A DNA stretch of 64,000 nt. It comes from Lachnospiraceae bacterium. Its GTDB lineage: Bacteria; Bacillota; Clostridia; Lachnospirales; Lachnospiraceae. The stretch spans positions 1-64,000 of the forward strand of contig JAFRNR010000001.1 in NCBI GenBank assembly GCA_017430085.1, written 5' to 3'. Positions 40,731 through 50,382 of the stretch are shown here, one piece after another (the stretch's first letter is position 1; every line of letters starts with the position of its first letter). The notes under the pieces were generated by a model, which saw nothing but the letters and a program-made list of their open reading frames with translations, did not search any database and had not been told where the DNA came from. The position numbers were made by a program, and so were the translations under genes.

Positions 40731-41896
40731 CTGCTCACCCCCCTGAAATAGACGGTTTCAAGGTTCGGTAGGTGATCCACCTTGCTTTGTAGCATCTCAC
40801 TTGCACGGACGCTATCTATCTTTCCAGAAAAATACTGCTTGAACACATCGCCTGCATATCTCTGTCCAAGATAGGTAAGCTGCGTGTAGTAATGGTTTCC
40901 GCCTCCGCCCTGACCTTTTTTCTTATCGCCATTACGGATTGCGTCACCGTAAAAAAACTCTTTAAGGTCGTTGTATTCTGCAGAGGTCATCTTTCCCATC
41001 TTGTAAAGCTTGTACATGATGGCCTCTTTGCTGACAGAATATAGCGTTGCCAGTTCTTCAATGCGATCCTCGTTTATAGGCCTCTTTGTTAATTCCAGCT
41101 TGAAATCGTCCATCGGAACCAGGAAAGCATTTGCAAAGGTGTCACACGCTCTTTCAATCTCTGTCTGCTGATCGTTTAAAGCAACATAGTAATCATCCCG
41201 GATAATCTCAGCGCCACTAGTATCTGAAATCAAGTGATACAGCTCATGGAACAAGGTAAAAATCTGCCGCGCAAATGACATAGAATTGTTGATGACGATC
41301 ACAGGGAAATGGTCATCATTCAAGCAGATACCTGAAATCCGATTATCCTTAAAAGCATCCTTGAATACATAAATACCAAGATCATAGAATTTTTCACGGA
41401 ATATCTCAAAGACAACCTTTGTGCTTTTTCGGGCTTTTTGTGCAGAAATGGGAAACTCTAATTGCATTCTAAAAAAGTTGCAAAGTTGGTCAATATCATT
41501 GGGAAAACTGCTTCTTTGCGCAATGATACTCTCTTTGTTTCCATACAACTCTTCCAGACTAAGTTGATAGACTTTTGCCTTTTCAAACTGGATGATGACG
41601 TTTTTGCTGAACGAGTTTACTATCTCATCCGGTAACGTCCGCAAATCTCCCTTGATTGAAGGAAGCTGCGGCGGCTCGGGGAAAAAGAACACGGCACTTG
41701 GCTTCCGGAATACATCACTGATCTTTTTCAGCTTTGCATATGTTGGATGCTCCGTTCCGTTTTCCCAATTAAGATAGCGAGAAATATCAACGTCGATAGC
41801 CTGTGCGGCTTCATCAGGAGACATATTATAGAATTCTCGTGCCCAGCGAATTATCTCACCATTTACGCCACTGAGTGCTTCAGCCAACAGACTCAC
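40727..41896 (-). CDS. XRE-type HTH fused to ImmA/IrrE-family zinc metallopeptidase (COG2856-like)
   Basis: N-terminal HTH region and an HEXXH motif LFHELYHL in the C-terminal peptidase domain. Confidence 0.7.
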   Translation of the reverse strand: MSLLAEALSGVNGEIIRWAREFYNMSPDEAAQAIDVDISRYLNWENGTEHPTYAKLKKISDVFRKPSAVFFFPEPPQLPSIKGDLRTLPDEIVNSFSKNVIIQFEKAKVYQLSLEELYGNKESIIAQRSSFPNDIDQLCNFFRMQLEFPISAQKARKSTKVVFEIFREKFYDLGIYVFKDAFKDNRISGICLNDDHFPVIVINNSMSFARQIFTLFHELYHLISDTSGAEIIRDDYYVALNDQQTEIERACDTFANAFLVPMDDFKLELTKRPINEDRIEELATLYSVSKEAIMYKLYKMGKMTSAEYNDLKEFFYGDAIRNGDKKKGQGGGGNHYYTQLTYLGQRYAGDVFKQYFSGKIDSVRASEMLQSKVDHLPNLETVYFRGVSR

Positions 41897-41960
41897 CTCC
41901 TTTTATTTGCTCCATTTGTGCGGTCTGTTTATTGATTCGAGCAGTTTTTCACCAATCTAT

Positions 41961-44900
41961 TTATGCAGCCGCTCTATACCGCGTGTACACATATTCGTAA
42001 ATACGCTGGCGGTATTCAGAGATGCTTATCTCATCGTAGCATTCCGGCAGTTCAGCCCAGAGCGTATCGCGGATCAGATTGTCCACGGCGGCCTTTGTTT
42101 CCTGCTTATCTGTCCAGTGATCAAGCTCGGCAATCTTTGCCTTTATCTTCTTCAGGAGGTTTGCGGCCACTTCCTTAATTTTCTTGATATCCGCTTTGGA
42201 GAGATCGTCCCGGAAGAGCATATCGTAGAGGGAGAGTTCTTCGTCATTCTCGAAGCCCTCGCGGACATACCGCTGCTCCTCTTTATCAAGGCTGTTGGCC
42301 AGATCCATCAGATCCATAAAGGTCTTTTCGATTGTGGCGCGATCCTGCTCACTGTTATAATCCGTGATGATCTGCTGATACCGCTCATAATAATTGATGC
42401 GGTCAGGATTATTGAAAAGCAAGCGGTCCAGTTTCTGCTGAATCAGCTCCTCCAAATCCTTCATCACGAGGTTCTTTTTCTTAACCTTCGCAAACTCCCG
42501 GCGCAGCAGATCAAAGTCGATAGCGCTGATATCAAACTGGCGCGGTTCTTCTTTAACCATCAACGGAACGTCGTCTATTTCCACATACTCGCTGATGATA
42601 GAATTGATTTCCACCATCAGATCAGTAGTATCGACGTGACGGCGCTTTTTCTGCAATTCCGCATAAATCGCAGCGATGGCTTCATACTCTTTCCGGGTGG
42701 GGCCGGTAATATCGTCACGGTCCGTGTATTTCATCAGACGGATCAGTTCCGTGGCGTATGTGGAAAACGATTTTTTATCTTCAATGGTGCCGCACACGGC
42801 ATTAGCGGCGGTCTGAAGCAGTGACAGTTTCATAAAATCGACTGCAGCTATCAGATCGGAAAGCTCAAAGTCGCGCTCATGGAGGAAAGCCTTTGCTTTT
42901 TCGATGGTATTAAGAATACGGGCAATCAGCTCATCTTTATCAACGGTCGGATCGCCGCCGGGTGTGTTGATGTTAGCCGTGTAATCTGCCAGCGCCTTAC
43001 GGAGCGCTTTTACGATGCCGATATAATCGATAATCAGGCCGTTGCTCTTACCCTCGTTTACACGGTTGGCACGGGCGATGGTCTGCATCAGCGTGTGCGC
43101 CTTCAAAGGCTTGTCCAGATAGAGACAGGAAAGGCACTTCACGTCAAAGCCGGTGAGCCACATGGCGCAGACGAACACAACGCGGAGAGGGTTGGACGAA
43201 TCCTTGAACTCCTTGTCCAGTTCGCGCTTTTCCATCTTCGCCCGGTGATATTTAATATCAAGACCCCATTTTTTGAAGGTCTGGATCTCATTCTGCTCCT
43301 GACTGATGACAACAGCCATTTCGGTCTCCTGCATCCACTTCAGCTTGCGCTCCAGTTCCAGCGCCTCCTGCTGTGTGGCCGTTTTAATTTTCGCTTTCAG
43401 GGCTTTGATTTCTTCCTTCCAGTATTCCTGAACGAAGTTATACATACGGACGCAGGTGACCTTGTTCAGGCAAACGAACATGGCCTTTCCGCTGGTCCAC
43501 AGATCCGAGTAGTGACCGACAAAATCCTTGGCGATGGATCTTAGACGCGGTTCTGCCGTCATCAGATGGATTTCTTTTGCGAATTCCGCTTCCAACTTTT
43601 CCTGCTGGTCGACGTCGATATCAGCGTTCTCGATAGCGTCGAGAATACGGTCAGTGATTTCCGGATTGTGAAGGTCGAGTATCTTTTCACCGCGATTTTC
43701 ATAATAGAGAGGAACGGTGGCACCGTCCTCCACGGCACGTTTGAAGTCGTAAACGGAGATATAGCCGCCGAAGGTACGGGCTGTGATATTATCGCTGGAG
43801 AGAAGCGGCGTGCCTGTAAAACCGATACGAGCCGCTGTCGGGAGCAGCTTCATCATATTATCGGCAAAGATTCCGTACTGGCTGCGGTGCGCTTCGTCCG
43901 ACATGATAATAATATCGTGGTCCGGGTAAATCGGCTGCTCATCCGGTCTATTGAATTTCTGTATCAATGTGAATATGAAGCTCGGATTGCCTTTCAGCTT
44001 TGTAACAAGGTCGCCGCTGCTTGTGGCTATAAACTGTGAAGCCTTCGTTTTGCCGAGCAGACCGCAGTTTTCAAAGGTATCGCTGATCTGCTTGTTCAGT
44101 TCATCGCGGTCGGTCAGCACTACGATGGTGGGAGACCCGGCAAACTTGCGGCGGATCTTCTGCGCGAGGAATACCATAGAATAGCTCTTGCCGGAGCCTT
44201 GGGTATGCCAGAACACACCCAGCTTGCCATCGTTGAGCTTTCTAGCCTCGTATGCTTTGACCGCTTCGTTGACACCAAGGTACTGATGGTTACGGGCAAG
44301 GATTTTTACGGTGTTGCCGCCAGAGTGATCATAGAGGATAAAGTTCTCCAACAGATCAAGGAAATTCTCCTTTCTGCAGATACCTCGGAGCACGGTTTCC
44401 AAAGCCACGCTGCCTTGCTCTTTTTCATCAAGACGTTTCCATTCATGGAAGAATTCATACTTGCTGCCCAGCGTGCCGACCTTGGCCTCGGTGCCATTGG
44501 AGAGCATGAGAAATGCGTTATAGTAGAACAGATGCGATATCGTATCCTGATAATCCGTATAGTTGTCATCGTAGGCGTTCTGCACGTCTACGGTATTCTT
44601 CTTTAATTCCACGAATAGGAGCGGCAGACCGTTCACAAAACCGACGATATCCGTGCGGCGGCGGTAGAGATCGCCGTGTATCTTCAGTTCTTTTACAGCG
44701 AGGAAGTAGTTGTTCTCCGGGTGGAGGAAATCGATCACGGCGGCTTTTTTTGTTTCCGTTTTGCCGTCTGGGCGCTTGACCGTCACGGGGATGCCGTCGC
44801 GGATCAGGAAATATTTCTCTTCGTTGATCTGAAGCAGCGACGAGGTGGAAAGACGCTTCTGCAAAACAGCCTGTGCCTCAAGCAGCTGATCGGCGGTGAT

Positions 44901-45098
44901 CCACGGATTGAGCTTTTTCAGGGCAGCAAGGAAATACCGCACAAGCAGAATCTCCTTGTACGACTTCCTGCCGAAGGTGCCGTTATCGCCCAGCACCTCC
45001 GTGTTATATGCAAATTTCACATCCCAGCCAAGCTCGTCCTGGAGAAGGTTTCCGGCGCTTTCCTGCACAAGAATGTTTTCAGAGTAATCGTAGCTCAT
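41961..45098 (-). CDS. hsdR: Type I restriction enzyme R subunit
   Basis: 1045 aa with SF2 helicase motifs, including MSDEAHRSQ (DEAH). Confidence 0.9.
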   Translation of the reverse strand: MSYDYSENILVQESAGNLLQDELGWDVKFAYNTEVLGDNGTFGRKSYKEILLVRYFLAALKKLNPWITADQLLEAQAVLQKRLSTSSLLQINEEKYFLIRDGIPVTVKRPDGKTETKKAAVIDFLHPENNYFLAVKELKIHGDLYRRRTDIVGFVNGLPLLFVELKKNTVDVQNAYDDNYTDYQDTISHLFYYNAFLMLSNGTEAKVGTLGSKYEFFHEWKRLDEKEQGSVALETVLRGICRKENFLDLLENFILYDHSGGNTVKILARNHQYLGVNEAVKAYEARKLNDGKLGVFWHTQGSGKSYSMVFLAQKIRRKFAGSPTIVVLTDRDELNKQISDTFENCGLLGKTKASQFIATSSGDLVTKLKGNPSFIFTLIQKFNRPDEQPIYPDHDIIIMSDEAHRSQYGIFADNMMKLLPTAARIGFTGTPLLSSDNITARTFGGYISVYDFKRAVEDGATVPLYYENRGEKILDLHNPEITDRILDAIENADIDVDQQEKLEAEFAKEIHLMTAEPRLRSIAKDFVGHYSDLWTSGKAMFVCLNKVTCVRMYNFVQEYWKEEIKALKAKIKTATQQEALELERKLKWMQETEMAVVISQEQNEIQTFKKWGLDIKYHRAKMEKRELDKEFKDSSNPLRVVFVCAMWLTGFDVKCLSCLYLDKPLKAHTLMQTIARANRVNEGKSNGLIIDYIGIVKALRKALADYTANINTPGGDPTVDKDELIARILNTIEKAKAFLHERDFELSDLIAAVDFMKLSLLQTAANAVCGTIEDKKSFSTYATELIRLMKYTDRDDITGPTRKEYEAIAAIYAELQKKRRHVDTTDLMVEINSIISEYVEIDDVPLMVKEEPRQFDISAIDFDLLRREFAKVKKKNLVMKDLEELIQQKLDRLLFNNPDRINYYERYQQIITDYNSEQDRATIEKTFMDLMDLANSLDKEEQRYVREGFENDEELSLYDMLFRDDLSKADIKKIKEVAANLLKKIKAKIAELDHWTDKQETKAAVDNLIRDTLWAELPECYDEISISEYRQRIYEYVYTRYRAAA
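45005..45098. repeat. Copy 1 of a 94-bp direct repeat (hsdR 5' end)
   Basis: Matches 46636-46729 with ~9 mismatches. It covers hsdR codons 1-31. Confidence 0.85.
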
Positions 45099-45112
45099 AT
45101 TCCAAGCACCTC

Positions 45113-45559
45113 TTATTGAATTGCATCAATAATTGTCAACTTCAAGTTTTCATCCGAATCATATGTACCATCCATAACTGCAACAATGATTCGATGTAAC
45201 AAGTCTTTACTGATTTTTCCTGCTGCAACGTGGTAACTAATGTTTTCCATAACGGTAAAGAAGCGCTTAGCAACCGCCATATATCCATTCAGAAGTAGGA
45301 ATTGAGCGCTGAGTGTAATAGCCAATCTTTTATTTCCATCTGCGAAGCAGTGAAACTCACAGGTGCAATAGAATAGGTGGGTAATCTTATCCTCAAACGT
45401 TGGATAGTAATCATCGTTTTGAATGTTCTGCAGAACGCTGTCCAAACGTCCAAGATCAAAACGTTCATATGTTCCACCACCACTATATTGAATTGTCTTG
45501 CGATGAATTTGTATTGCCTGGTCAAGCGTGATGTAAACAAGACCATCCATCTTATTCAC
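45113..45559 (-). CDS. doc: Fic/Doc-family protein (death-on-curing-like toxin)
   Basis: 148 aa; Fic motif HCFADGNKR. Confidence 0.75.
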   Translation of the reverse strand: MNKMDGLVYITLDQAIQIHRKTIQYSGGGTYERFDLGRLDSVLQNIQNDDYYPTFEDKITHLFYCTCEFHCFADGNKRLAITLSAQFLLLNGYMAVAKRFFTVMENISYHVAAGKISKDLLHRIIVAVMDGTYDSDENLKLTIIDAIQ

Positions 45560-46571
45560 GCTCCTTTAAGCGCTTCAGCACATCCTGATTCTCGGCCATC
45601 AAACGCTCCAATTCATCACCTGCAGCTCCAAGGAATTTTTGATATTCATCTTTATCCAGCGGTTGAATATACTCGGAAAGCTGGTAATGAAATGCATCAC
45701 GTAAAGCCATGTCACGGCTTGCCATCTTGGTTCGTCCTCTGTTTATTAAAGGCTTCCACAAAGCCATTGATTCAAATCGTTGAAATAGTTGTTCAGCCTC
45801 CGAAATACTTAATATATGTCCAAGGCTTTCGTACTCTTTTTTAATAGCATCTGCAAGTCCACTTTCATAAGCCGCAATAATATCTAGTATTTCGCTGTAA
45901 AACGTATCACGTACCTTATCACTTGCCTTTAGATCGAGTATTTTTTTATACTCGTGAGCCTTTTCCTTAAATATGCTCACATAGATCATATCTGTAAAGT
46001 GTGCATATTTGTAACGATCCTCAGCAACATACAGTTTCAATGCATCGGTAAACTGCCGCCTGTAGTTCTCTTCCTGCAATGCAGAACCGATATAATCTTT
46101 ATCGCGTTGGTTAATGTACTTTGTTCCACCACCCGTTCGACGATTGATAAGGTCTATAACAATATCCAGCATAAGCTGCCGCAGGGCACGTGCTTTTTCG
46201 CTCTCGGACAATAGCATCGCCATGTTTAAAAATGCACGAAAATCGAACAAGCCGAGTTGACGAATTTTGCTAGGGACATTAATGTCCTTGGCAAAATCCG
46301 CAGGCATTACATCAAGAAAGCTTTTTAACCTTTGACCACGCAGGACAACATACCCGTTTTCGGTCAGTTCGTCATTGTATTGTTCAATATATCGGCTGAT
46401 TGTTCTGATATCCACATCAAAGAATGAAGCTACCGCTTCTCTTGTGAGATAAATCTTCCCATCCCACGCAATTCCTGTGATGCCAGATTTATCTTGAATT
46501 TCCTCAATTGCCATTTCGTTGTTTAGAATATTTTGTCTGTCTATTCTCGAAGTTGTCAAATCCTTGGTCAT
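45552..46571 (-). CDS. RhuM-family-like protein (DNA-binding; commonly embedded in Type I R-M loci)
   Basis: 339 aa with overall resemblance to RhuM / ORF6N-like proteins (recalled). It overlaps doc by 8 nt. Confidence 0.5.
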   Translation of the reverse strand: MTKDLTTSRIDRQNILNNEMAIEEIQDKSGITGIAWDGKIYLTREAVASFFDVDIRTISRYIEQYNDELTENGYVVLRGQRLKSFLDVMPADFAKDINVPSKIRQLGLFDFRAFLNMAMLLSESEKARALRQLMLDIVIDLINRRTGGGTKYINQRDKDYIGSALQEENYRRQFTDALKLYVAEDRYKYAHFTDMIYVSIFKEKAHEYKKILDLKASDKVRDTFYSEILDIIAAYESGLADAIKKEYESLGHILSISEAEQLFQRFESMALWKPLINRGRTKMASRDMALRDAFHYQLSEYIQPLDKDEYQKFLGAAGDELERLMAENQDVLKRLKERE

Positions 46572-46635
46572 TTTTTCTTACACTCCACTTTCTTCGTTCA
46601 TCAACTTAGGAAACAAGTTGCTGACATTTTCATGC

Positions 46636-46729
46636 TATATGCAAATTTCACATCCCAGCCAAGCTCGTCCCGGAGAAGGTTACCGGCGCTTTCTTGCACG
46701 AGTATATTTTCGGAATAATCGTAGCTCAT
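46636..46729. repeat. Copy 2 of the 94-bp direct repeat (orphan hsdR 5' fragment directly after the hsdS stop)
   Basis: Encodes MSYDYSENILVQESAGNLLRDELGWDVKFAYS on the - strand, 2 nt after the hsdS stop. Confidence 0.85.
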
Positions 46730-46731
46730 AC

Positions 46732-47931
46732 TCACACCTCGATTTCACCGCTCATCAGCTTGGGCAGCAGACGATCACGGGCCTGAATCAACAAATCGCA
46801 TTGTTTTCTCAAACTAAGCATTTTGCTAATTATAGAGCCCACTATTCTTTCATACTCCTCAAGCAAGTTATCCGCAGGAAACAATATCGTTATTTTTCCT
46901 GTTCTAATCGGACTCAGATTTTGTTGTGCAGCTCCATTTGCAAGATTTTTCATAGCATCAAACATATCACTGCTTCTAAATAAGCAATATGTGAATGCCG
47001 GAATATCAGATTGAAGTTTTGCAACACGCTGATTTAGCAAATAATTATTCCCGTTCACAATGCAAGTGCGACCAACATTTCCCGTCAAAGATAACAAGAT
47101 ATCGCCATCTGCCAGAACACAGTGTTTTGGCATTTTTTCCGGAATGGACACAATTCGATTTGTGTTACTCCCGTCAAACTCACCGTCTTTAACATTTTTA
47201 ATGGTAACAACTTTGAATTCTCCTGAGCTATCGAATTGTGCACTTTTAAATGCGTATCCGCTTAACAATGAAATACGCGAATCAATAGTGGCCTTTTCCC
47301 ACCCCTCCGGCACACCGTCAACAATCGGTGTGTCCTCATACCCGGGGAAGCGGAGATCAATAAACCATTCCTTATACAGCCGCTGTGCTGCTTCTTCCAG
47401 AAGCTTGATTTGCTTCTGATTGTTTTCTATGAGGTTGTCGTAGGTAGAAAGTTTTGAAGCAATCGCTTCTTGAACTTCTAATGGTGGAAGTTCAATTTCC
47501 ATGCCGCGGAGCGAAGTTAAACTAACTGTCCTCTGCGCTGCTCCTATCGCAGCAGCATCAGCTTTACCATAGAAATCTCTGCTTAGCATTGTATAGTATA
47601 GAAAGGCCGAGTTTATTCTTTCGTTCGGTCTCAGAATAGCTATATGCCTTTGAAAGACAAACGGCCTCTCTTCTTTTATCAGGACAGGTATGCCAAAAGA
47701 GCCGACCACAGAATACAGGATGTCTCCGACTTGGGCCTTACGCTTTGAATCCAAACGGTCATAGTACTCCTTCGGCACAAACATAGTATCGCTAAAATCG
47801 AATTGATTTGACTTGTTTATATTGGCGATGGTTACAAACGGTACTCCAGTGACAGCTTTTGGAGGCGGTTGATGGTCTCCATCCGAAATCGATAAGCAAC
47901 AATCTGCAAGTTTTACCTTATCCCAACTCAT
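46732..47931 (-). CDS. hsdS: Type I restriction-modification specificity subunit
   Basis: 399 aa with two target-recognition domains separated by conserved helical regions. It overlaps the hsdM stop. Confidence 0.85.
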   Translation of the reverse strand: MSWDKVKLADCCLSISDGDHQPPPKAVTGVPFVTIANINKSNQFDFSDTMFVPKEYYDRLDSKRKAQVGDILYSVVGSFGIPVLIKEERPFVFQRHIAILRPNERINSAFLYYTMLSRDFYGKADAAAIGAAQRTVSLTSLRGMEIELPPLEVQEAIASKLSTYDNLIENNQKQIKLLEEAAQRLYKEWFIDLRFPGYEDTPIVDGVPEGWEKATIDSRISLLSGYAFKSAQFDSSGEFKVVTIKNVKDGEFDGSNTNRIVSIPEKMPKHCVLADGDILLSLTGNVGRTCIVNGNNYLLNQRVAKLQSDIPAFTYCLFRSSDMFDAMKNLANGAAQQNLSPIRTGKITILFPADNLLEEYERIVGSIISKMLSLRKQCDLLIQARDRLLPKLMSGEIEV

Positions 47932-49790
47932 ATCCCCATCTCCTTCATATTCTGCGAGATGGTATCCATAAGGTCGTTGGATTCAGTCTGAAGGGACAGA
48001 AGTTCTCGATGAATCTCAGCCATGCGCTCGGCAAAGTCCACACCGTCATCCTCTACGGGAGCGACGCCCACGTATGCGCCGGGCGTGAGAGACCAGCCTT
48101 TCTCTTCGATTTCGGCAATCGTAGCCAGTCTGCACAGACCGAGAATGTCGGCATAAACACCGTCACCGAACTTTTCATAAAGACAATTCGCTTCTTTGGC
48201 AACGGTCAGCATATTCTCGATATAGGCAATTCTGTCGTCATACTGCTGCACGCTCTTTTTGTCGCGCTTACCAGCAGCATCTACTTTGGCTTTCGCGGCT
48301 TTGCGGAGTGCAGAGAGCTTTTCTTTCAGCGCAGATACGACACCGACAAAGGAATCCTGATATGCGGCATCTTTCAGATCATCATTATCGGCTGCCTCAG
48401 CTTCACTTTGTAGATAATCACGGTATTCCTGCAGAAGTGCTGTGTATTTTTCTGTCTCGCCACGATAGAGCCATACGATGGCGTTCAGGTTTTTAAGCTG
48501 CCATTCGCTCCATTCGTTGAGTGTGCGGTCCACCACCGTATAGTAATTCCGGGCGTCGATGAAAAGCACCTTGTCCCGGATTGCCTCCCCCTTGGCCTTA
48601 TCAAAAAACCACAGGGAGCAAGGCAGAGATTTTGTATAGAAGAAGTTATTGCCGACGGAAATCATCACGTCAACGTGCCCTGTGCGGATCAGCGCTTCAC
48701 GGATATCCTTATCCTTGCCCTGACTGTCCGTGGCGGAGGATGCCATAACGAAACCGGCACGGCCATGCTCGTTCAAATAGGAGTAGAAATAAGAAATCCA
48801 GAGGTAGTTGGCGTTGCCGACCTCTTTGTTTTTGTTTACACTCGGCAGACCAAACGGAAGCCGCCCGGCGTTTTCGCAAGATTCGGCCTTGACCTTATCT
48901 ACGTTGAACGGAGGATTCGCCATAATGTAGTCACAGCAGCCGTTCAGGTTGTGCGCGTCATGGTAGAAGGTGTTAGCCTCGTCACCGGATTTGATAACGC
49001 CCGTGAGCCCGTGGACAGCCATATTCATCAGACACAGCTGGGCGTTATATTCCACCTTTTCCTGCCCATAGAAGGTCATTGTGCTGTTGGCATTCATACC
49101 AGCGGCATTCACGAAATCGCCGCTCTGTACGAACATACCGCCACTGCCACACGCGCAATCGAGAAGAACACCCTGTTTCGGCTCAATGATGTTTACAATC
49201 ATTTTTACGAGGGATTTCGGCGTAAAGAACACACCGTCATCAGAGGCAATGTTCTTAGCAAACTTATTAAGGAAGTACTCATAGATACGTCCGATGATAT
49301 CGCCGCCGACATCGTCAAGAGCGCTGTTATTGAAAATACGAAGCAGTTCCGCCAGCAGTTCATCGGAAAAGTCGGTGTAACTTTTCGGTAGGACGCCTGT
49401 GAGCTGTTCGCTCTGATCCTCGATCAGCTGCATGGCGTTGTTGACCACTTCACCGAGGCTGTTCATCGGGTGACCGTCTTTGTTGACAAGACCTGCAGAG
49501 GCGATGTTCTCCGGCAGATTGACAAGGTATTCGTACTGTGCCTCTTTCGGCAGGAACAATGCGCTCTTTGCGGAAAAATCGCTGGCTTCCACTGGCAATA
49601 TCCGTCCACCGCGAGAGGGACGATCTTTCAGGATCTCGGCTTCGACCTTCTTAAAGCGGCTATACGCATAGCGCAGGAAGATAAGCCCCAGTACGGGCAT
49701 ACAGTATTGATTCGAGGTCAGCTTGGACCCGGCGCGAAGGAGATCGGCGGATTCCCACAGCTCCGCCTCCAGTTTGCGTATATTAATCAT
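47928..49790 (-). CDS. hsdM: Type I restriction-modification DNA methyltransferase (N6-adenine)
   Basis: 620 aa; catalytic motif IMANPPFNV and AdoMet-binding motif LLDCACGSGGM. Confidence 0.9.
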   Translation of the reverse strand: MINIRKLEAELWESADLLRAGSKLTSNQYCMPVLGLIFLRYAYSRFKKVEAEILKDRPSRGGRILPVEASDFSAKSALFLPKEAQYEYLVNLPENIASAGLVNKDGHPMNSLGEVVNNAMQLIEDQSEQLTGVLPKSYTDFSDELLAELLRIFNNSALDDVGGDIIGRIYEYFLNKFAKNIASDDGVFFTPKSLVKMIVNIIEPKQGVLLDCACGSGGMFVQSGDFVNAAGMNANSTMTFYGQEKVEYNAQLCLMNMAVHGLTGVIKSGDEANTFYHDAHNLNGCCDYIMANPPFNVDKVKAESCENAGRLPFGLPSVNKNKEVGNANYLWISYFYSYLNEHGRAGFVMASSATDSQGKDKDIREALIRTGHVDVMISVGNNFFYTKSLPCSLWFFDKAKGEAIRDKVLFIDARNYYTVVDRTLNEWSEWQLKNLNAIVWLYRGETEKYTALLQEYRDYLQSEAEAADNDDLKDAAYQDSFVGVVSALKEKLSALRKAAKAKVDAAGKRDKKSVQQYDDRIAYIENMLTVAKEANCLYEKFGDGVYADILGLCRLATIAEIEEKGWSLTPGAYVGVAPVEDDGVDFAERMAEIHRELLSLQTESNDLMDTISQNMKEMGI

Positions 49791-50013
49791 GGTTATCTTC
49801 TCCTTCCGGGTTTTCGGTTATAAATTCCATCATATCGTTAGGCGAGCAGTCCATAGCTTGACAAATGCTCTCCACCTTATCCAAGGCGATGTATTGCCCA
49901 TTCTTGATTTTTGTAATTATGTTTGCGGATATGCTGGCACGGCGCATCAGCTCGGCGTTGGAAATATCGCGCTCAATCATCATATGCAACAGGGGTTTAT
50001 AACTAACGGCCAT
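49783..50013 (-). CDS. Small XRE-family HTH regulator (possible controller of the R-M operon)
   Basis: 76 aa with an HTH (ISNAELMRRASISANIITKIKNG). It overlaps the hsdM start by 8 nt. Confidence 0.6.
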   Translation of the reverse strand: MAVSYKPLLHMMIERDISNAELMRRASISANIITKIKNGQYIALDKVESICQAMDCSPNDMMEFITENPEGEDNHD

Positions 50014-50238
50014 ATCATCAGCCTCCTTATCTCAAAATGCGCACATATTGTATCACATTTCTGTGAATAATTCAATGGATGCGTTGCAGAGGAATCGAGG
50101 TATTTCTTATGACTTTTAAAATCATGTATTTTAGTTATCTCGCAAGTAATTTCTTTCGGTTCGTTTCCGGAAGGAAAGAAGGATATGTCTTATTCATATC
50201 AGTATCATTAGTATTAGTCTTAATTGAGTTTGATTTTT

Positions 50239-50298
50239 ACACTTCAAGAAGTTTCATTTCGACACTTCAAGAAGTCTCGTTTTCACACTTCAAGAAGT
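50239..50298. repeat. Three direct repeats ACACTTCAAGAAGT at exact 23-bp spacing
   Basis: Copies at 50239, 50262 and 50285; each is followed by a related YTC-rich tail. Confidence 0.8.
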
Positions 50299-50344
50299 TC
50301 CGTCTTGCAATAACCCATTTGATTGATGCGATAAGAAGGCAACA

Positions 50345-50382
50345 AAAAACGGACTGCTGTAAAACAACAATCCGTTTTTGTT
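50345..50382. terminator. Hairpin terminator (AAAAACGGA...TCCGTTTTTGTTT)
   Basis: 9-bp stem flanked by an A-run and a T-run, at the right edge of the island. Confidence 0.45.
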
